IMG/VR virus record: IMGVR_UViG_3300039330_000026
Span: 1-4,619 of that record
Length of the DNA: 4,619 nt
Reading direction: 5' to 3' (one strand)
Origin: a virus
Lineage: Duplodnaviria > Heunggongvirae > Uroviricota > Caudoviricetes
The notes below the pieces were generated by a model. It was given only the letters and a program-made list of their open reading frames with translations, was not told the DNA's origin and made no database searches. The position numbers and the translations under genes were made by a program. Below, in pieces: positions 1-4,619 of this stretch (its first letter is position 1; every line of letters starts with the position of its first letter).

Positions 1-29
1 GCTGTCATAACACTGTGTTACCTGGCTAA

Positions 30-629
30 TCAGAATTTATAACCGACACCCACGATGAAACCGTCAGTGCGCCAGTCGCCACTGCCGGAGCCTTCATAAG
101 CAATATCAATGGCCACGGATTCGGTCGGGTTAAACTGCACGCCAGCTCCCCACGCCAGAGACGTGTTGCTGTGGCGATCGTCATCACTTCCGGTCAGCAC
201 ATCGTGCGTTTTCCCCTTGTTGTCAGTTACGCGGAGATAATCCCCGGAGAACGTCGAAACACGGCTGTAAGCCACACCTGCCATCGCATAAGCACTGAAC
301 CATTCATTCACGCGTACAGATGGCCCCGCCATCATGCTGAACCAGCGGTTACGCACTGAATCTTCATGCCAGCGGGTATCGCTGTAATGCGTTTTTTGCT
401 CATCTTTGGCATTGGCATAACTGAATGACGTCACCAGCCCCAGCGTGTCCGTAAATTCATAACGGTATTTCACGTTAATGCCCTTCAGGTCATCGCTGCC
501 TGGCATATCAGTATGGGTCTGAAGATACCCGGCGCTTAGTGTGGACTGATGCTCTGCTGCGCTCGCTGGCGTACCAGCGGCAACCAGCCAGACTACTGCG
601 GACAGAATAACAGCACATAATTTACGCAT
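30..629 (-). CDS. lom: Lom-like outer-membrane beta-barrel protein (Ail/Lom/PagC/Rck family), phage lysogenic-conversion moron
   Basis: Complete 199-aa ORF (ATG at 627-629, TGA at 30-32). The N-terminus MRKLCAVILSAVVWLVAAGTPASA-AEHQ looks like a Sec signal peptide: basic start, hydrophobic core, A-x-A cleavage motif. The C-terminus ...IAYEGSGSGDWRTDGFIVGVGYKF ends in an aromatic residue, as in outer-membrane beta-barrel signals, and matches the C-terminus of lambda Lom as I recall it. Internal blocks (KGINVKYRYE, SAYAMAGVA) are also lambda-Lom-like. It sits directly downstream of J, as in lambda. A GAGAGG Shine-Dalgarno lies 5 nt upstream of the ATG. Confidence 0.9.
   Translation of the reverse strand: MRKLCAVILSAVVWLVAAGTPASAAEHQSTLSAGYLQTHTDMPGSDDLKGINVKYRYEFTDTLGLVTSFSYANAKDEQKTHYSDTRWHEDSVRNRWFSMMAGPSVRVNEWFSAYAMAGVAYSRVSTFSGDYLRVTDNKGKTHDVLTGSDDDRHSNTSLAWGAGVQFNPTESVAIDIAYEGSGSGDWRTDGFIVGVGYKF
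558..629 (-). other. Predicted Sec signal peptide of Lom (residues 1-24, cleavage after A-S-A)
   Basis: Read from the translation: MRK, then hydrophobic CAVILSAVVWLVAAG, then TPASA followed by AEHQ. The cleavage position is inferred from the AxA rule, not computed. Confidence 0.6.
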
Positions 630-634
630 AATTA

Positions 635-640
635 CCTCTC
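635..640 (-). promoter_or_regulatory. Shine-Dalgarno for lom (GAGAGG on the minus strand)
   Basis: Minus-strand sequence GCGAGAGGTAATT-ATG; the purine-rich core ends 5 nt before the start codon. Confidence 0.6.
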
Positions 641-653
641 GCTTTTCTGCAAT

Positions 654-678
654 AAAAAAGGCGCCATTTCTGGCGCCC
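654..678 (-). terminator. Rho-independent terminator candidate between J and lom
   Basis: The minus strand reads GGCGCCA-GAAA-TGGCGCC followed by TTTTTTATT: a 7-bp GC-rich stem, a GNRA-type tetraloop and a U-tract. It lies 19 nt after the J stop codon. Confidence 0.7.
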
Positions 679-696
679 GTATTGGGGTTATAAAAT

Positions 697-3600
697 TCAG
701 CTAATCGTGATGCCTGCAGTGGCTTTCTTCATCACAACAACCAGCAAATCGCTGATACTTGCTGTGGGATACCAGCCATTTACCCACCATGCTGATACAG
801 AAAACTCCAGCGTCATGTCGCCGCGACCAGCAGGCATATCAATAACACCACTGTAAACCAGCGTATTATCCATCGCGGTACGGTTATAAATTTCAGCACC
901 GTTTTTCTTCACTATCAGGCGGCATGACGAATAAGTATCGCTGTTCTCCCGCTCATGTCTGGCACCGCTGAAAGCCACCGCCGGAATAACAATCTGCCGG
1001 TTAAACGGCTGATCGTCATAAACCCTGACGGTAATGGTTCCTGATGGCCAACGCTTCGGTGCACGGGAGTCACGAGGGAAAGCCTTACCCACTGTTTTAA
1101 CGAGATCGCCTTCAATCTGGTTTGCAGACAGTTTCCCTTTAATCTGACAGTTCTCATTTATCGTAACGTTGTTGAGCGTCCCGGCGTTCGCATTCACACT
1201 GCCACTGATATCCGCATTTTTCGCCGTCAGTCGCCCGTCCGGTGTCAGGGAAAATGCCGGAGGATTACCGCCGCTGGTAATGGTGGGAGCCGTCAGATAT
1301 TTCAGGAACACGTCATTCATGAATATCTGATCGCCCTGACCAACAAACATCGGCTTTGTGTTGCCATTCGCAGGATTAATCATCGCAATCCTGTCTGCCG
1401 CCAGCAGCACCTGACTCTGCATGCCGTCGGGGGTGTTCTCAATACCGGCACCGATACCCGCAATATAAAGGCGTCCGTCCTGCATCTGCTGCAGCTTCAC
1501 TGCCCACATGCTGTTCAGGTTATTATTTGTATCAACCTGAACCTTCTGTATCTGCTGGATCGCTGCACTCTGGTCTTCCAGTTTCTTATTGACGGTCTGT
1601 GTTATTTCATTGCTGACATCCGTTATGGACGTCCTGATTTCAGTCAGGTCAGGCGCAAGCTGACCGTTATCAATCTGCGTCCACAGCTCCTGAGCCAGAT
1701 GGGTTTTCCCTATCTCGCCTTTGAAAAAATCCAGATAGCCGGATGCATCATCACTCGGCTGACCAACAGCCTCCACGAATGCCGATTTGCCAACGGTGTT
1801 CACACTGCGAACGTAAAAATAATAATCATGGCCCGGTTTGATATTGATACTGGCGGCTATCCAGTACAGCGCCGTACCAAGATAACGCGCGCTGGTTTCA
1901 ACCTGCCTGATATCAGCAATCCGTTTTTCCGAGAACCAGAACTCAAACTGTACCGTCGGATCATAAACCGCAAGATGCGGCGTGGCGGTTATCTGAAAAT
2001 AGCCCGGCGTCAGCTCAATCCGCGACGGCGCTGCCGGTGCGGCAATCCGGAACGATACCGACGCCGGATCGCCCTGCTGCCCCCACGCATTTACTGCCCG
2101 GACTGTCAGCCTGTAGTTCCCCAGAGCCAGTTGTGTGAAGCGGTAAGTGGTTTCCGCCGTCCGGGCCGTGCTGACCAGCCGCTCACTGCCGTCATCCGCT
2201 GTTACGGTCAGACGGAGCAGGAAGCTCACGCCCTTCACCACCTTCGGCGTGTCCCAGCGCGCCAGCACCTGATATTCCCCGCTGTCTGCGGTGACTTCGG
2301 CGGTCAGGTGCTGCACCGCTGGCGGCGTGACACCATTCACCGTGCCGCTCTGGTCGCCGTCAAAGTGCGCTCCGTTATCCACGATGGCCTCTTTTTCCGG
2401 TACATGCTGCACGGCGGTGATGGCATACGCACCATCATCGTTCTCCCGGATACTCACACAGCGGAACAGGCGCTGGCGCAGCGTCGGCAGCTTCAGCCCC
2501 CACACGCTGTATTCGGCAACGCCGTCAGGAATACGGCTCACTTTCACCTTCACGCCGTCGGTGACGGACTGGACCTCCACGCTGACCGGATTCCCACTTC
2601 CGTCAACCAGGCTTATCAGCGTGGTGCCGGAGGATGACAGCATGATTTCACGGTCGAGCGTCAGCGTCCGGGTCTGGCTGTTCACCGCCAGCACGCGACC
2701 ACCGGTGCTGATACCGGCATAGTCATCATCACAGATTTCAATGACATCGCCCGGCACATGGCGAAGCCCTTCTGCGCCGACGCTGAAATCCACGGTCTGC
2801 GTTTCCAGCAGTTCTGTTTTAATCAGCCACAGCCCGGCGCGGTGTGCCTGCCCCCGACTGGTACAGCCAAAGGCATCCATCTTCGTGACGTTACGACCGT
2901 AACGGGCAATGGCCTGCGTGTCCTCCACAAGCTCTGTCGCCGTCTCCCAGCCGTTATCCGGGTCAATCCAGTTCACCTCAACGGCATTATGGCGGTCCTT
3001 CAGGGCGCTGAAGCTGTAGCGGAACGGCGCGCCATCATCCGGCATCACCACATTACTGCGGTTATAGGTCCACACCTTATCCGACGGTCGGTCCTGCACG
3101 AACGTCAGCGTCTGCCCGTTCCATACCGGCATACAGCGCATCGCCGAGCAGAAATCACTGAGCACATCCCACGCCTTGCGCTGTGTGGTCAGGTACGCAT
3201 TACAGGTAATGCGCGGCTCCGTGCCGCCAAAGCCGTCCGGCACCGACTGGTCGCAGTACTGGCCGATGACATACAGCGCCCATTTATCCACATCCGCCGC
3301 ACCAAGACGTTTCCCCATGCCGTAGCGCGGATGGGTCAGCATATCCCACAGACACCAGGCCATGTTGTTGCTGTATGCTGGTTTTAACGTTCCGTCCCAG
3401 ATACCGCTGTATTGTCGCGTCTGCGGGTTATAGTTCGACGGCACCTGCAGAATGCGCCCGCGAAGATGATAATTACGACTCACCTGCTGGCTGCCGAACT
3501 GCTCCGAGTCCACCTGTACGCCGACCAGTGCCGTGTTCGGGTAGCACTGTTTCACATCGATGATTTCGGTGTATGACGACCAGAGCGTTTTGTTCTGCAG

Positions 3601-4176
3601 CTGGTCTGTAGTGCTGTCCGGCGTCATCCTGCGCATCCGGATACTGAACGGGCGCGGCGGCAGGTTACCCACCACCACCGAGGCCAGATACTGTGAGGTG
3701 GTTTTGCCTTTAATGGTGATGTCTTTTTCCGTCACCCAGCCACCGTTACGTTGTATCTGAACCAGCAGGCGGACTTCCGACGGATTCCGGTCACCCTTTG
3801 AGGTGGTTTCCACCAGTGCCTGCACACCAAAGGTAAAGCGCAGACGGTCGATATTTGCAGACGTGATGGTGCGGGTTATCGGCGTGTCGTATTTCACTTC
3901 CGTACCCAGCACCGTCTCGGAACCGGAGGATTCAAATCCCTCCGGCGGTGACTGCTCCTGCTCGCCTGCCCGGAACACCACCGTGACGCCGGAGATATTG
4001 GTATTCCCCTCACTGTCCAGCACCGGCGTACTGTTCAGCAGCACGCTTTTTAATCCATCCACCGGACCTTCAATCGGCCCTTCGCTGATGGCATCAATCA
4101 CACTCAGCAGTTGCGTGGACTTCAGGTTGTCCTTCGCTTCGCGCGGGGTATGCCCCTTACTGCTTCCTTTGCCCAT
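697..4176 (-). CDS. J: Central tail fibre / host-specificity protein J (lambda gpJ family tail-tip protein)
   Basis: Complete 1159-aa ORF (ATG at 4174-4176, TGA at 697-699). The N-terminus [54 protein letters not shown] and most of the first ~820 residues match lambda gpJ as I recall it. The length is typical of the family (lambda gpJ is about 1130 aa). The gene sits between I and lom as in lambda. A GGAG Shine-Dalgarno lies 8 nt upstream of the ATG. Confidence 0.95.
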   Translation of the reverse strand: MGKGSSKGHTPREAKDNLKSTQLLSVIDAISEGPIEGPVDGLKSVLLNSTPVLDSEGNTNISGVTVVFRAGEQEQSPPEGFESSGSETVLGTEVKYDTPITRTITSANIDRLRFTFGVQALVETTSKGDRNPSEVRLLVQIQRNGGWVTEKDITIKGKTTSQYLASVVVGNLPPRPFSIRMRRMTPDSTTDQLQNKTLWSSYTEIIDVKQCYPNTALVGVQVDSEQFGSQQVSRNYHLRGRILQVPSNYNPQTRQYSGIWDGTLKPAYSNNMAWCLWDMLTHPRYGMGKRLGAADVDKWALYVIGQYCDQSVPDGFGGTEPRITCNAYLTTQRKAWDVLSDFCSAMRCMPVWNGQTLTFVQDRPSDKVWTYNRSNVVMPDDGAPFRYSFSALKDRHNAVEVNWIDPDNGWETATELVEDTQAIARYGRNVTKMDAFGCTSRGQAHRAGLWLIKTELLETQTVDFSVGAEGLRHVPGDVIEICDDDYAGISTGGRVLAVNSQTRTLTLDREIMLSSSGTTLISLVDGSGNPVSVEVQSVTDGVKVKVSRIPDGVAEYSVWGLKLPTLRQRLFRCVSIRENDDGAYAITAVQHVPEKEAIVDNGAHFDGDQSGTVNGVTPPAVQHLTAEVTADSGEYQVLARWDTPKVVKGVSFLLRLTVTADDGSERLVSTARTAETTYRFTQLALGNYRLTVRAVNAWGQQGDPASVSFRIAAPAAPSRIELTPGYFQITATPHLAVYDPTVQFEFWFSEKRIADIRQVETSARYLGTALYWIAASINIKPGHDYYFYVRSVNTVGKSAFVEAVGQPSDDASGYLDFFKGEIGKTHLAQELWTQIDNGQLAPDLTEIRTSITDVSNEITQTVNKKLEDQSAAIQQIQKVQVDTNNNLNSMWAVKLQQMQDGRLYIAGIGAGIENTPDGMQSQVLLAADRIAMINPANGNTKPMFVGQGDQIFMNDVFLKYLTAPTITSGGNPPAFSLTPDGRLTAKNADISGSVNANAGTLNNVTINENCQIKGKLSANQIEGDLVKTVGKAFPRDSRAPKRWPSGTITVRVYDDQPFNRQIVIPAVAFSGARHERENSDTYSSCRLIVKKNGAEIYNRTAMDNTLVYSGVIDMPAGRGDMTLEFSVSAWWVNGWYPTASISDLLVVVMKKATAGITIS

Positions 4177-4184
4177 TCGTCATG

Positions 4185-4189
4185 CTCCA
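4185..4189 (-). promoter_or_regulatory. Shine-Dalgarno for J (TGGAG on the minus strand)
   Basis: Minus-strand sequence TTTATGGAGCATGACGA-ATG; the GGAG ends 8 nt before the start codon. Confidence 0.55.
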
Positions 4190-4198
4190 TAAACGACA

Positions 4199-4218
4199 AA
4201 ACCGCCCGGAGGCGGTTT
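4199..4218 (-). other. Intergenic stem-loop between I and J (8-bp stem, 4-nt loop)
   Basis: The + strand reads AAACCGCC-CGGA-GGCGGTTT, a perfect inverted repeat. On the minus (mRNA) strand it is followed by a broken U-rich run, TGTCGTTTAT. It lies about 19 nt after the I stop and about 22 nt before the J start. Confidence 0.5.
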
Positions 4219-4236
4219 CACATGAAATATTTTGCA

Positions 4237-4619
4237 TCAGCGGCCAATCACCACAACCTGACCACCGTCCCCTTCATCTGCCGTGCTGATCTCCTGAGAA
4301 ACCACACGAGACCCCACGCGCATTTCACCGTACAGAACAGGCAGAACATTGCCCTGGGCAACCATGTTATCCAGTGATGAGAAATAGGTGTTCTGCTTAC
4401 CGTTATCCGTGCTGGTCGCTGTGGGCGTCCGGGCTTTCGGTGCCAGCATCTGGGCCACACCACCCAGGATCATACTGGCCCCTGCCGCATACATGCCCGA
4501 TACAGCCGCGGCACCCAGCCAGCCCACAGGGTTCCACCATGCCACCGCAATCAGCGCCGCCCCCAGCACCACCTGAAACACACCGCCACTTTTAGCTCCC
4601 GCCAGACGCGGCACGATGT
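4237..4619 (-). CDS. I: Tail-tip assembly protein I (lambda gpI-like), C-terminal part; 5' end lies beyond the window
   Basis: The minus-strand frame is open from the window edge to TGA at 4237-4239. The ORF track's 'M' at 4612-4614 is actually a GTG codon, so the real start is almost certainly upstream, outside the window. The Gly/Ala-rich hydrophobic C-terminus (GGVFQVVLGAALIAVAWWNPVGWLGAAAVSGMYAAGASMILGGVAQ) and the position immediately upstream of J fit lambda gpI; identity to gpI itself is from position and composition, not confirmed residue by residue. Confidence 0.75.
   Translation of the reverse strand, partial: IVPRLAGAKSGGVFQVVLGAALIAVAWWNPVGWLGAAAVSGMYAAGASMILGGVAQMLAPKARTPTATSTDNGKQNTYFSSLDNMVAQGNVLPVLYGEMRVGSRVVSQEISTADEGDGGQVVVIGR

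Noticed and set aside
1-29. Near-palindromic AACACTGTGTT just downstream of the lom stop
   Set aside because: The inverted repeat is imperfect and short, with no following T-tract on the minus strand. It is not enough to call a terminator, and the window edge cuts off the context.
171-359. 62-aa ORF on the + strand
   Set aside because: Antisense to lom; short, with no support.
817-825. RGD tripeptide in the J C-terminal domain ([11 protein letters not shown])
   Set aside because: An integrin-binding-like motif is most likely coincidental in a phage tail protein. As I recall, lambda has RGN at this position, so this is a single substitution in a conserved block and not an acquired motif.
915-1157. 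80-aa ORF on the minus strand in a different frame from J
   Set aside because: Fully nested out of frame inside J; Arg/Leu-rich translation with no RBS. Most likely a chance open frame.
1699-2637. 312-aa ORF on the + strand
   Set aside because: Lies entirely antisense to J. Its translation is Arg-rich and low in complexity, with no start context, which is typical of a shadow ORF on the opposite strand of a GC-rich gene.
2758-3387. 209-aa ORF on the + strand
   Set aside because: Antisense shadow ORF inside J; Arg/His/Ala-rich and without a recognisable RBS. The same applies to the other + strand ORFs at 2291-2722, 3375-3563, 3560-3760 and 3803-4192.
4248-4595. Short ORFs overlapping I (4248-4463 minus; 4374-4595 and 4388-4576 plus; also 4111-4377 plus, which spans the I-J gap)
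   Set aside because: Out-of-frame or antisense overlaps with the I coding frame. The Pro/Arg-rich translations are typical of non-coding frames.
1-4619. Looked for CRISPR repeats, tRNA-like sequence, IS-element inverted repeats, and Chi sites (GCTGGTGG or its complement)
   Set aside because: No periodic direct repeats, no cloverleaf-like segments outside coding sequence, no terminal inverted repeats, and no exact Chi octamer found by eye. The gaps between genes are too short to hold such elements.

Overview
The window is almost entirely coding and reads as the distal end of a lambda-like (lambdoid) phage or prophage tail-gene cluster, all on the minus strand, in the same order as phage lambda: the 3' part of tail-tip assembly gene I (cut by the window edge), the complete central tail fibre / host-specificity gene J (1159 aa), then the lom outer-membrane-protein 'moron' (199 aa). 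The likely host is an enterobacterium such as Escherichia or Shigella. Homology calls rest on my recollection of the lambda J and Lom proteins, not on a database search. The two short intergenic gaps each carry a GC-rich hairpin; the one between J and lom has the full shape of an intrinsic terminator. I do not see an undescribed biological system here: the three genes and their signals account for the whole window. The points most worth a second look are the diverged C-terminal third of J (the presumed receptor-binding region) and the Lom variant with its diverged N-terminal two-thirds.
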